From: Octopus vulgaris
Lineage: Eukaryota
Reading direction: 5' to 3'
Assembly (NCBI GenBank): GCA_951406725.2
Contig: OX597829.1
Coordinates: forward strand, 30,256,001 to 30,320,000
DNA: 64,000 bases
Position numbers and translations under genes: made by a program. The notes beneath the pieces are model-generated. The model made no database searches, was not told where the DNA came from, and saw nothing but the letters and a program-made list of their open reading frames with translations. Each line of letters starts with the position of its first letter. Positions within the stretch are counted from its first letter, which is position 1. This document shows positions 1-12,990 of the stretch, in pieces.

Positions 1-288
1 AAACATTTTAATAGTCTGGAAATCACGTAGTATGAAGTAATACAGTGAGATTGTAATACCTGGAAATGTTATTAGTTGCAATGCTGCTTAACTCCAACTG
101 AACCCTGGCTAAAATAGGGTCTAGTTGAGCTTAGTTCTAATTTCTGAGTGCTTATACTTTTCACATGATACAGATGTAGGGAAGAATGCCTCCTAGGGCT
201 GGAACTGAACTTACATTGACTTGCAGACTAACATAATTTAAAAAATTTTTTTTTTTAATATTGTATTTTTTGTTATAAACTTCACTTC

Positions 289-533
289 TTAACTCAGCCC
301 TTTTTGTTACCATTATCACATCACATTACTACATTTCTGTTGAAATACTCAGCCTTTGTTTCAATTAATTCATTATTAGCATAACGAAGAATTTAGTAAA
401 ACAACTTAGTTGTTTGGAATATGAATTAAATGAAATTTTGATGGAAGGTTTTAATTTAGATCACTTTAAAACAGGAAGTCTGTATGACAGAACCAGGGGA
501 AGTTTGAGGCAGATTTGTATCAAAGGAGTTTAA
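289..533 (+). mobile_element. TTAA-flanked MITE family A (piggyBac-like termini), decayed copy
   Basis: Aligns by eye with 2559-2780 (cctttgtttcaattaatt, tttagatcactttaaaacaggaag). Confidence 0.7.
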
Positions 534-1429
534 GAGGCCACAAATTTATGCTGAGTGAATTTTTTAAAACTGGCAAATTAAAGCTTTTAATGTAATAAGT
601 TTGACATTCATGTTTCCTCTGCTAGTACTGTTGTTGTACAGTATAATTAAACTTTAGTTTTTAATTTCCATCATCTATTGTTGTTTTTTTTTTTTGCATC
701 CATTTGATGAATTTGCTAAGCTGTTTCAGTATATCAAAATGGCATCTAACTTTTTTTTTTGAGATCCAATTACTTTATTTCAAGCTTTGGCAACATCTAA
801 TTTCTTGCTGCTATCAACTCAGATAATATGCTATTACATAACCTTTTTTTCCTTAATTGTTTGTTGTTTTTGTTATTGCTTTGCTTATTTGAGATGATCT
901 ATCCACCAGATAAAGATAGCTTCTATACTACCTCAAAGAATAAAACAACTTCACCTTTGGAAAATGAATCCTCAACCCAATAATTCTTTAATTATTCTAC
1001 TACTGAATTCTTTTTTTTTTTTTTTAATTTAATGGTTTACTCAGAGGAGGATTAGCACAACACCCATGATCACTTTCAAAGCTTCTGAATCTGGTGGGAG
1101 GAATTGAGGAAGTTGGCCTTAGACAGAAAATGTGGCCTGGATGTTTACAATAGAATAGACTTTACTACAGGTACCCAAAGGCCAAAATGATGCTGTTAGA
1201 TTGGGTGTCAGTAGTTTGAACTTGTGAATTCTATGCTCCTCTCTTATTTGTTTTTGTCTTTTTTTTTCTTTTTAATTCACCATCCGTAAATAGTTGTGCT
1301 GTTAGCTACAGATTCACTGTAATCACGAGTTCACTGCATTTCTAGCAATGAGAGGGATGGTGTAACCTGGGGATATTTCTCAAGGGAATTTGATTGTAAA
1401 GCAGCAGTTTTTCAGTTTATGCATTTATT

Positions 1430-1843
1430 CTTGTTTTAATGTCCACTTTTCCATGCTTGCATGGATCAGACAGAATTTGTTGAGGCAGATTTTCTATGAC
1501 CAGATGCCCTTGCTGTTGCCAACTCTCACCTGTTACTAAGTAATATTTTCTCATGTCTGGACAACAGTAGATTGTAAATTAATGGGACATCTTTACAATT
1601 ATCACATGGTGTCAAGGCAAGCCCCCCACCTACCATTCTTTCATTCATACATACACTATATATAATACCACACATCTTCCACTAGTATACATTAGTAACA
1701 GATATTAGCTAGAATATGTGTGCTTGTAAGACTGCACAGTTTCCATGCATCTGTCAAGGCTATGGCAGAGGTCATTTGCCCGAGGATCAAACCTGGAAGC
1801 TCATGGTTGTGAAGGGAACTCCTTAACCGCACAGCTAAGCCTG
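1430..1843 (-). mobile_element. tRNA-derived SINE (CORE-like body, RTE-type tail), decayed
   Basis: Reverse complement of head gctgtgcggttaagg...ggtttgatcc...gggcaaatg and of tail gggcatctgg...gcatggaaaagtggacattaaa. Confidence 0.7.
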
Positions 1844-2558
1844 TATCTTACACTCACTTCAATCATTCTTTTCTAGAACTGCATTAAATCCAGCCATCTT
1901 AAACCATTTCCTCTGGTATACAAGTAAAATATAAAAGCAATGGATAATTTTTATAAAATTTTGTTTTGGCCTCCAAAATTATATAATGGACAGATGTTTG
2001 AAACATGTTAGAAAGTAGTTTAAGAGGAGGCAGTTTGTCATTTCAAACATGGACTAAGTGGGGTATTTGAGAAATATGTTTGTTCATTAGCATCATTGTT
2101 TTAATTATCTCACATGTGTTACAATGACCTGCAACACAACATATTGGCAGCATTTAGCTTGTTCTTTCATATTCTTGTCTGTGAAACCCAGTGTTCTGAG
2201 ATCTGACATTATCATTTCTTCCCTTAAGTTCATTTTAAACACTAAAACTGTCTTAGAATAAGCACAAACTCTAAGAAAGGAAAAAGTCTTATGTATCATT
2301 ATTATGTTAATTAATGGATACTGCTAATGTACATGACTACATTATTCCCTATACTTCTTTCTTTTTCTTTTTTTCTCTATAACTTTGTTAGTTTGTTTGT
2401 GACCTTTTGTATCAGTTGGGGGAAATTTTCATTAACTGAATTTAATGACTTTTGATTTTTATTTTGCCATATGTATGTATTGTATATAATTACTGTAAAA
2501 CAAAGATTTAGAAGCAGAAGTTGTGACATAAGATGATAGATATGAGGACTAGAATAGA

Positions 2559-2780
2559 TTAACCCTTTTGTTACCATATCTCTGTTAAACTGTACTGCCT
2601 TTGTTTCAATTAATTTTGAAAATGATGGAGAATTTAGTGAAATAACTGTCATTATTAAGTTGGTGTATGGGACACAAATAGAGAAATTTTGGAAGATTTT
2701 TACTTAGATCACTTAAAAACAAGAAGTTTGTATCATAGAATGAGGGGCAGTCTTAGGTGGGTTGGTATCAAAAGGGTTAA
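2559..2780 (+). mobile_element. TTAA-flanked MITE family A (piggyBac-like)
   Basis: TTAA-CCCTTTTGTTACCA ... TGGTATCAAAAGGG-TTAA: terminal inverted repeats, TTAA on both sides, no ORF. Confidence 0.85.
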
Positions 2781-2984
2781 GCAAGCTGAGGTTGTTGGGC
2801 AAGTGAACGAGTATTATGAAAAAATATAAAATGAATTGTTGGGTTGTAATATTGACATCTAACTTGAAAGATAGAATTAATAGGGAAGGTGATTGATAAT
2901 GGGAAATACCTTATGAGACAGTGTTGAAGAGAAACACAATGAGGAACAGTTAATCTTGCTGATTTAAAAGAATTAGTAAATTCA

Positions 2985-3390
2985 CCATCATCTTTTCTAT
3001 GCTTGTATGGGTCTAGTGGAGATTATGAAGGCAGTTTTTCTACAAATGGATGCTCTTCCTGTTACTAACCTTCACCGATTTTCACACAAGGTAATATTTC
3101 CTTGTAGTTGGACATGTTTTTTTGCTGGATATTAGAAATGAATGATGCTGCTTGTATGATAGTGACATTCAATTATCACTTGATGTCAAAACAAAGAAAC
3201 ACTCACTCAGGAGCACAAGTGCATGCACCCCCCTCTATATGACAGGCTTCTTTCAGTTTCCATTTATGATATCTACTCACAAGGCCCTGATTGGCCCTGG
3301 GTTATGGTAGAAGACACTTGCCCAAGGTACAATACAGTTGAACTGAAGACCATGTGGTTATGAAACCTATATCTCAGCCATGTCCACACC
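2985..3390 (-). mobile_element. tRNA-derived SINE, decayed
   Basis: Reverse complement of ccttgggcaagtgtcttctac ... ccttgtgagtagat ... aactgaaagaagcc, plus RTE-type tail. Confidence 0.75.
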
Positions 3391-3940
3391 TGAATTGATG
3401 TTCAGAAATGAAATTATTTGAGATTTCTTTAGTGAATTTATCATCAGGAATCTATTTAATATTGTATTTTTGTTTTGAAACTCATTGCATTAAATATAAA
3501 TATAAAACAACATCCCTAATTGTATTGCTTTATTTATTATAGTTTAAGAATTTTCTTTAAAGACTTTCCCTGTTTCCATGATCATCACCGAAGAGTGAAT
3601 GTTTTTCAGTTTCCATGCATTCAATGGTTAAGAGAATTTGGTGTAGTGTTGCCAACTTACCTCAGATTTTACTTTGGAAGAGGATTTTGGTCCAACGTGA
3701 CGAGCTACAAAAATCTCTTAAATCATTGACTTATCATAGCAGTAAACTGTCCATGGTATTTGCTTATAGCTTGGGCCATGGGAAGACAAGCATTTTTTTT
3801 GTTTTTGTCATACAAGCAGTGTAGTGGTGGAAGAGATGTAATTATTTCCATTGTATTAAGATTGAGCTTCTAACCAACTTATTAGATCTATGTTAAGGCA
3901 AAGAAAATTAATAATTTTAATTTGGCTGTGTACAAGACTT

Positions 3941-4169
3941 TTAATCCTTTAGCATTCAGATTTCTTTGGTCAAATCTATTGCTTATTTATTCACATTGTC
4001 TTGGTTTAATCACGCATTATCTCATAGCTTTGAAATCTCAATGGTGTGTTTGTATATTTTTAGAATGACATTGTAGGGTCGGTGTAAGAGGCCATATCTG
4101 GCCAGTTTCAACATAAAACAGAATATTCAGGCTGGAAACAGCCAGATTAAATGCTTAAAATGAGTTTAA
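3941..4169 (+). mobile_element. TTAA-flanked MITE family B (piggyBac-like)
   Basis: ttaatcctttagcattcaga ... ttaaatgcttaa; colinear with 53723-53942. Confidence 0.75.
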
Positions 4170-7100
4170 AAATATACCCTCTACTAATCATTGGTGCACC
4201 ATTGAACTGTGATCCTTAGTCTACTCTATAGCTGTTACATTTTCTACTTTTCTTTGATGTTTTTGATTTATTTGCTGGACTCAGTTTTTGTCTTGTCATT
4301 ACTTCTGTACTTTTCCACTAAGGTCTTTTGCATAATATCCTGCCCTCCCAATTTGCAACCCACTGAACTTCCTATTTACTTATCTATCCCTCTTTACTTT
4401 TATAAACTCTGTCACTCAGTCAACACATGTAGCATTATTAAATTCATTACCACTTAATTGTAGGAGCTTTGTTTGTCAATTAGGTTCCGTCCTTTCTTAG
4501 ACTAAATAATGAAATACCAGTAATTGGATTTAGTTTACATACTTCAAGGATTTTAGTTGATCAAATTGATCCCAGTTACTTATTCCAGTCTATTTTATTG
4601 GTCTTTGTCTGACTGCTAAGTTATGAGATGTAGAAGAACACAGCATAAAACTTAAGGCTTGAACATGTGTGTGTGTGTGTGTGTGTGTGTTGGCTTCTGT
4701 TTATTTTTTATTCATGAGGTATGGTCATCCAAATGGTTTAGTAGGCATTTTCCTAGGTGCCATAGTGTAGAATTGAACCTAGAGCTACATGTTTACAAAG
4801 CAAACTTAATCATACAGCCATTCCTGAGCCTATGGATTACAGGTCGTTGCTAAAAGCATTACAGGTTGTTGCTAAGGCCGTAGTAAACAAGTCAGAGTAA
4901 GATTATATCTTAGATGTTGCCATAAAACAAATGGCTGCACTTACAGTTGGACAGGTTGCCTGTCTTAAATATATATTATAAATCAATGATGTTCTATTTT
5001 GATGGATGATTAATTCTGTGGGTTAGGCTCTAGCAATTTTGGTCATTTGCTTTCACTATCTAAAGTAATTTAAGAGATATATTGGTCTTTTAAGACAATA
5101 TTTATGTCTGTTTAGTTAATGTCTTGCAAACAGAAAACTCCTGTATCAGCAGTAGTAGTAGTCATACAGATAGTTAAAAAAATATAGTATCTGGTTGAAT
5201 ATTTGTTATAAGGCTCCTTTCTGCTTGTTGTCTTGTACCTTCTGAAAATGTTGGTGTATTTCTGGGATAAGTCTAATGAGAAATTTTAAAGTAGTGCTAT
5301 TTGGTGCTGGTTGGAAGCCTTGTTTGACAAGGATTTGTTTTAGTTATGGTGCTGATAATTTTACCATATGGAGTAAAAATATACTAACATTTGAGTTTGG
5401 TTGGCTGAAAAATTTGTTAAAGCTGCATTGAAAGGATTATTTCATTTAAAGTTCAGATAAACAGATTAAAGAAACTTGTATGATTTTTAGATGAGATTTT
5501 AATGTGAATTTGATGAGAAACTATTACATGTGCTCTTATAAGTAAACTTAATCATTAACAATTTCAAGTTAAATGATGAATACAAAAATTAGAGTGAGTT
5601 TGTAAGATTTAAATCTCAGAAGGCTAAGTCTTGTAGGAAAAGGCTGCTCAGGTGAAGTTATGTAAACCCCTCTAAACATGGGCTGAAACTTTATCCCCCT
5701 GTTTTGATATTTGGAATGAGTTTTAACCAAGAAATATATTCAGTGTGTTACTAGGTAAAAACACAGTTGCACTGTAAAGACTTATGTTTATTTATTTTTG
5801 AAACTTGTTATATTAAAACTCTACTTAGGTAAATAAGTACCTACTTCATTACTGGTCTTCTTTAACTTCATTTTATCCTGTCTACTTATTTCAAGTTATT
5901 AACCATTTAGCATTTATGATACTATTGAAATTTATATATATATAACACATACACACATGTATACATGCTCTGGCTATTGTGTCACTACTGTTTTTTTCTT
6001 GTTTCTAGCTTCTCATACCCATCCTTATGTAATGTGGGTAACCATGTGCTTGTCCTGCTATCATACTTTAGTCTCTCGACACCTGGCACAAACTCATCCC
6101 CACCTGTTAAATACATTCCTACTCAACTGATGGGATTTTTTCTTTTCTTGGCCTATAACTTACTTGACAACCTTACTAGTGCCTTTGTCATGGGAAAAAA
6201 AAAAAGCATCTAGTACACAATAAAGTACTTATGTTAAGAAGGGAATCCAGCCATAGAAATTATGCCAAAGCTGATGATGAAACTTGATGCATCCTTGGGC
6301 CCATTGAATTTTGTGAAATGCCCAACCCATACCAGCATGGAAAATAGACATTAAATCTTTATATATCTATTTAAACACACACACACACATACTGTTTCTG
6401 TTGCAAATGATATTTGATACCTCATAATTTTTGGCTATGTTATAAGTCCCATTTCAGATATCTTGTATTCTCCATACAATGGCTTTCTGCTTCAGGGTCA
6501 AAAGGTGTACTCCATCTTCCAGCAGTTGCTAATTCTCTTCAAAGATCAGTTGAAATACTTGGAGTATTATTCACATATCTGGGACTGTGATGCTGCTACA
6601 TAAACATTTTGGACCATATTCAAAGAAAGGTCATTCAACTGATAGACATGAAGCCGATCAACGTTTTTGAATTTTTTTCATCCACAGATACGTTGTCTTC
6701 TCTTTGCCTTTCTTATCTCTCCAAAAACCTCTGCCTTTCAGTGATGTTTGGTTCCCTGTCACCTCTACTCAAGCACTCTTGATACCTCATCTCTCCTCTT
6801 ATCATTAATTATATTTTGTCTAGACCCTGCAATTGCCACCAGAATGTCAGCCATCTGAACTCCTCTCCCAGCACAAGCTCTTCCTGCAGCTGCTTGACTT
6901 GCAGCAGTTCAAAGGAGTCTGTGTAAACCAGGATCACTGTTTTAGGATAATAATAATAATAATAAATATTTTTCTAATGGTGAGACTCATTTGATAAAGC
7001 TATAAATGATAGCATGTAGTATATACGGTTAAAAAGTCTCTTGGATTGAAAAAGTTGAAAGATGCTTGTGGGACTTGAACCTGCATCTATAAACATGACA

Positions 7101-7669
7101 TTCTGCTATTATAACCAAAGCAAACCTTTGAATTTTTTCCATCCATTTTAACTTTGCTTTCACCAATGAGACTTGTATGTTGTTTACCTCATGAATTTAG
7201 AAGCTTCAAGAGATATCTCTCAAAGTTTTTATATTCTTATAGCTTTAAAAAATTCTATTTTTTGTGTAAACTCTGGGACTATTACTTACTCTAAATTACA
7301 TCCAAATTGAAGAGTTTTTCAGACTTTTGCTCTGTGTGTTTTCCTAGAATGTCTATCCTCAATAACATATAACGTCAAGATTTGTTAGAATACTTGTACA
7401 AAGCCAGGATACTCATTTTAAAATTATGCAAAATTTAATGTTTTGTTCCTCCTCTCCTCCCCAACCAGTATTAAGTTGAGCTTGTTGTTCCCCTTTTGTA
7501 TAATTCTGGATTCTTCAAATCATGTGGGAGTGAGGAAATTGGTATAATTGAAATTGTGCATGAACTGTAAAGGTGTTTTGCATTTTGTACTTTATTACAT
7601 GTTTCTGGACGTTGTAACTTTTTCAGTTTTTTTTCTTCACATTGATCACTTTTTTCTCTTGGATCTCGA

Positions 7670-7895
7670 TAATTTAGATGATACTGAATTTTTGTTGTGA
7701 TACTTATGTCTTCGTTTCAATTAGTTCAGGAAATAAGGAAGAACTTATTAAAATGACCATGTCATTATTAAACTGGTATTTGGAGCATAAATTAACATGA
7801 ATTTTGGATGGGTAGTTTTAATTTACATCACTTTAAAACAATTTTCATCATAAAATTAAAGGTGGTTTCAGGTGGATTGGTATGATAAGGGTTAA
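7670..7895 (+). mobile_element. MITE family A, decayed copy
   Basis: Same internal motifs (gtcattattaa, tttggagcataaattaacatgaatttt); right end ggtatgataagggTTAA. Confidence 0.7.
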
Positions 7896-8516
7896 GGAGA
7901 TAAAACTTTCTCTCAATCACTTGAAGAATAGTTGCCCCAGACTTAAGGTGGCAACATCACTGGAACTTATTTTTCTGGTGTAGTCAGGGCGAGGACAGAA
8001 CAAACACTTCACCACCCCCACCAGTATCACTACTACAACCATGTCATTATCTCTAAAATTAGCACAAGTGTCACCTTCGTCGTTAATACTACTAACTTTC
8101 AATGGGACTTATAGATTATTGCTCACTGCTAGAAATATCTGGCAAATCTCCCTCCTGGAATAAACATGGTATATTGGAATGTAGTTGCTGGTATGGAGAA
8201 AAAGTTGGTTATAGCTGGAATACTACAATTGATCTCAAGCTTGCTTACTAAGGCCTGTCCTGGAGCTAACCAACAGCACTGTTGCTACTGTAACATAAAC
8301 ACCATTAGTATTTTTTATTACATTTAGTTTTCCATGCTTGCATGATTCAGATGAGAGCACAATGAGGCAGATTTTCTGTAAGTTTCATGTCACTAACCTC
8401 TGCTTAATTTCTCAGTCTAATGAACAAACTGCTCTACCATGGTTTATATAGAAAACTGGAAACAAATGACACTATTTAAGAGACCTTTTGTTGACAAACA
8501 CAATCACATACATGTA

Positions 8517-8550
<34 letters not shown>

Positions 8551-8857
8551 ATAATGATAATAAATAATTTGGATAAATAAGTGTTAGTTGATTAGTGTGT
8601 TTAAAAGTTGAGTAGAGCACCAGCACAGTATAGGCTACCTGTTGTCATCTGTAGTCTGTAGTGAGACCTATCTTCAACTATTTATCTGATGGGTCAGAAC
8701 ATGTGGTACGCAATAAAGATTTAATGCCGAATCCATCTTTTATTTAATATTATATATATATATACACACATACATACATACATACATGTTTGTGATTGTG
8801 TTTGTAAGCTGGTTATGTACACATATACATGTATATACATACATACGCACACACTAC

Positions 8858-9005
8858 AACCTTCTTCAGTGTCCATCTATGAAATCCATTCACAAGACTT
8901 TGGATGCTCCAGAGTCATTGTAGAAGACACCCAAGGTGTCACACAGTAGAACTTAATCTGAAGCCATGAAGGTGTGAAGCAAGCTTGTTGACCACATAGC
9001 CATGT
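8858..9005 (-). mobile_element. tRNA-derived SINE head and body
   Basis: Reverse complement of ggctatgtggtcaac ... ccttgggtgtcttctac ... tgtgaatggattt. Confidence 0.65.
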
Positions 9006-9120
9006 ACCTAGATAAGAGATTTTAAAATACCTATATAATTACTGTGGCTCTCATTAATTTTGTATCATGATGTATATTTTTTCTTTAAGCTTACATAAGA
9101 TACATAACATTAAGAAGAGA

Positions 9121-9426
9121 TTTGTTGGGCTAGGGTGATAATTGTTCATGTGGACTAAGCTGGGATGATGGTTCTTTGGATGGAGCAGGCCTGGGGTACA
9201 ATTCTTTGGATGGAGCAGGTTTGGGGTACAATTTCTTAGCTAGAGCAGGCTTGGAGCACGATTCATTGGATGGAGCAGGCTGGTGGCATGATTCCTTGGG
9301 TGGGGTAGGCCAGGGTGACAATTATGAGGGTGGAGCAGGTTAGGTGATGGTGATGGTGGTGATTATTCAGGCGGAGCAGGCTGATGGTGTGATGATGATT
9401 CTTCAAGTGGCTCCTCTTCTAAGCAG
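9121..9426 (+). repeat. 30-bp period minisatellite with codon structure
   Basis: GGAGCAGG-like core at 9182, 9212, 9242, 9272, 9302 and 9332, plus an off-period copy at 9373. Confidence 0.9.
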
Positions 9427-9776
9427 GTACTTTGAGAAATTCTAAATTAAATGATAGGAAATTAGTACACTGAGTATAAGTTAATAACCATATTAAAGAA
9501 AAAATATATTTGCTGCAATTATTAGAGATGACAGGGTATTGGTTTTTGTATCTTGATACTACTTGCATCTTTCACGGGACAGTTTTCTCTGTATTTCCAG
9601 TTCACTGATTTGTGATTTACTGTGTTAAGGGGTTATGACTCACTAAGTGAACACTTCTGTAACACCCACAACGTATTGTTATGATGGAGTATTAAAGGCT
9701 CTCCTATCGGTATTTTTCTCCTTCAGTCTTGTCTCTTATATTTTTTTAACTAAACATCTGTACACGACATTTACAA

Positions 9777-10301
9777 TTTATAAAATAATAAAAGCCAAAT
9801 TCTGTCTGTTAGTCTGGGACCCCTGTATCTCAGCCTACATTTGCTCTCCATAGACATATACCTTTTAGGAATGGGGATGATCCCAGGATTGAAAATCTCC
9901 CCTTCATTTGGTTTTTGAACATTTAGCATTGGGATCTGATTTAAAAGCATTTGCGTAGATATTTCTAGCAGGTAAAGCTTGGCTAATTCATGCCATCTTG
10001 GTGGTGTTTGTCAGATGACGTCAGAGATTAAGGGGGAGATAAATGACATTTGCTTCATTAATTTCATGTTGAGATGAGAACTTTGAAATAAACTGGCCAA
10101 CAGTTGGAATTCAACTTCGGACTGGAACAATAGAATGATTGTATTACAGAATTAACCTCTGATCAAACACCATTGGGGCATATAGTCATTATAGACTTAT
10201 AGCCATGCTATTTAGCTCTTTTTAGTTTTGGGTTACAGACCCAATTAGCCCTTTGCAGAAGCTAGCATAAAAGTCTGTACGTAGTGTGGCTTTTAAGCTA
10301 G
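9777..10301 (+). mobile_element. Probable non-autonomous Helitron
   Basis: 5' A|t(t)tataaaataataaaagcc...tctgtctgt; 3' decayed hairpin ctgtac-gta-gtgtgg about 8 nt before CTAG|T; no TSD. Confidence 0.5.
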
Positions 10302-11115
10302 TCTCTAGTATAAGAGTAGGTGTATAGTAGGCTCTCATTCAATCATCATCAGCATGTAGCTTGATACATATTACTTAAACAAAATACACAAGGTATGATT
10401 TGTTTGAAAGTTAGGGTGATGTTGGATAACATGCAGGTATGAGCATCATCATCATCATTTAACGTCCGTTTTCCATGCTGGCATGGGTTGGACAGTTTGA
10501 CAGGAGGTGGTCAGCTGAAGAGCTGCCCAGGCTCTAAGATGAATTTTTGTATCTCTATAAAAAAGACAATTCAACTGAAATCTTTTCAGAAATGGTATTT
10601 TGATGGAAGAAAAGTTGTAACTTTGTGATCATATTAGAAATAAAACCTGTGCAACATTCAGCATTCCATTATCAATGAGAATAACACCATGAAACTGCCT
10701 TATTTATAGAATGTTTTGCTGTTGGAAACAGCTGTTCATTGCTTTATGCTGATTTAATGTAAATGCTAGAGAAGAGATTGTTTGTAGGTCTCCTCAGGTT
10801 TGTCATGTTATTGATTGAAAGGTGATAGCTTATTGATTGCTTTTTTTCCCCCATAGAATTATAAGTAGATAAGATAGTACTGAATAAAGATATTCTTCTC
10901 TGAAGTATCACAAAGGTATATATATTTTCATAAAGAACTGTACTTTACTCAATCACTAAAATAGTAATATTCAGATGTTAGTAAGTTTTATCTAAAATCC
11001 ATTCAACTTTCTGTGTAGTGTTGGGTAGGTTAGGGCAAATTCAATTTAGATGGAAGTAGATTTGATTTGATTTAGTTAAAAGTTGTCAATATTTTGAATG
11101 TTTACATAGCTTGAA

Positions 11116-12340
11116 TGAGTCTTCTTCAGTACAGTACTTCACCACAATCATTTTTGTGAGGTTCACCTTTCAGACCAAATCTTACTCTGCTTCAGGTTCC
11201 TTCCACTAGAGTTGCTCTGCATTTATCAGCATTATTGCAGTCTTCTCTTTTTTACCTTTTATACTTGATTTTACTCTCAACTCATTTGTGTATAAACATT
11301 ACACCTTCAACAAAATCTGCTTGTCTTTGCATCCGTCACTGTCCATGTCTTGTTAGCATGCAGTATCACACTTCAGATACTGTAATCAGACCATCTACCC
11401 TTCACTCAGAAAAATAACCTCTTTGTTGCCAGCAGTGGTAATAGCTCTGAATTTTTCAACCTTGTTCTTTGTGTGATTATTCTTTGAAGTTATTTAGATA
11501 ACTGATGCTATTAACTAATATAAGGAGCCTTCTGAACATTTGGAAAATTTTCTTGGATGTTCTCTTTACAAATCGCATACATAGATCCACTACATACAAA
11601 ATCCTTCACTACTTCTCTGCCGGTAATTTCACTACATTTTTGCCCACCTATTGTTATCATTGGGTACATTAAAGTTCCTGCTTCTTCATTCATTTTGCAT
11701 GTCCAACATGGTAATTTCCCAAATGGCAGTCTGTCTTTAATGTTGATTAAAACTTTTGATTTTGTTCAGTTTACTTTGTCTCTTGCTTTCCTATTTGGAA
11801 TTCTCTCTAATTCAGCTATGAGAACTAGGCCATTATTCAAAATTTCCCACAAGCAGCTGGTCTTAAACTCCTGCTATTTCTTGAGAACCATAATAAACAG
11901 AAGTGGAGGAAAGAACTAAGCCCAGATGGACATTTATCTACTTACTTACCTACAAGCTAAATTGCTTGCTGAACTTCTTACAAACTCTCACCTTTGACAG
12001 TGCCTCTGTATATGGCTTGCATAGTTCTCAGAAGTCTTCCATCTACTCCATATTTTGTTAACACCCATCAGATTACAGTGTGTGGTAACTTGTCAAAAGC
12101 CTTTTCCAGGTTGATAAATGCTAAATATAATGGATTGTTTGTCACTATGAACTTCTGTAAATTGTTTCAACATGAAGAAATCAGTGGTACCCTATCCTAG
12201 TACAAATCCACACTGTATCTCACTTAAAGCAAACTCTCTTCTTGATCAGTTATACCATAATTCTTTATTATTTTCACAACTTGGTCCATTTGTTTGTTAA
12301 CCATCTAATTGCTCTAGAAAGTGCTTTTATTTTGTCTCTT
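11116..12340 (-). mobile_element. RTE-clade LINE reverse transcriptase remnant
   Basis: Minus strand near 12070-12135 reads PLYLAFINLEKAFDKLPHTVI*W (RT motif F.DLEKAFD). Downstream decayed RT and C-terminal segments carry stops and frameshifts. Confidence 0.8.
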
Positions 12341-12834
12341 GTAGCTGATGATAACAATACTGCAACACCATGGAATTCACATTGGTACTATTTATTTGAT
12401 TATATTCACGTAAACCATGCCAAAGCTGACCTCACCAGTGCTGGTGCCATGGAAAAGCTCTCATTCCACTCTGTAAAGGGCATTCAGCATGTAAAAAACA
12501 TGCCAAAACAAACAATAAATCTGGTGCAGTCCTGGCTTGCTAGCTCTTGTCAAAATGTCTAACCTATGCCAACATGGAAAATGGATATTAATTGATAATG
12601 ATGATAATAATTCCCTTCAGTAAATATAGTCTTTCCCCGACTAAAACAAAAATTTTGTATAAATTAAAAAAAAATTTTTATGAAGTTCTGTTGCTGAAGC
12701 TTAGTGATTTAAATAGCCTGCTGCACAGCACCTTGAACCTCAGCTTGACTGATTACTTTGTGAGAGGAAAATGGTAGAGTTGCTAGAGAGAAAGTATGCA
12801 GAAGCTTGGTGAGTGTTTCTCTAGGGTGGTGGTT

Positions 12835-12990
12835 TGGTAGAATCATTCGAGCACTTGACAAAATGGCTTGTGATATTTTTCTTTAGCTCTTTACATTCTT
12901 ATTTCAAATCCTGAGGTCAGCTTTATCATTTATTCTTCCAAGGTTGATTAAATAAAATATCAGATGAATATTGGGATCAGTTTTAATCAG
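12835..12990 (+). mobile_element. Decayed copy of the 25188-type SINE
   Basis: tggtagaatcattcgagcac...ctttacattc...ttcaaatcc..gaggtcagcttt...ggttgattaaataaaatatcag. Similar fragments lie near 20800, 28040, 31070-31240, 51765, 57830 and 58680. Confidence 0.6.

Noticed and set aside
9130-9321. Minus-strand proline-rich protein (PAPSKE repeats)
   Set aside because: Non-ATG start, no splice context on that strand; it is the antisense reading of the 30-bp repeat.
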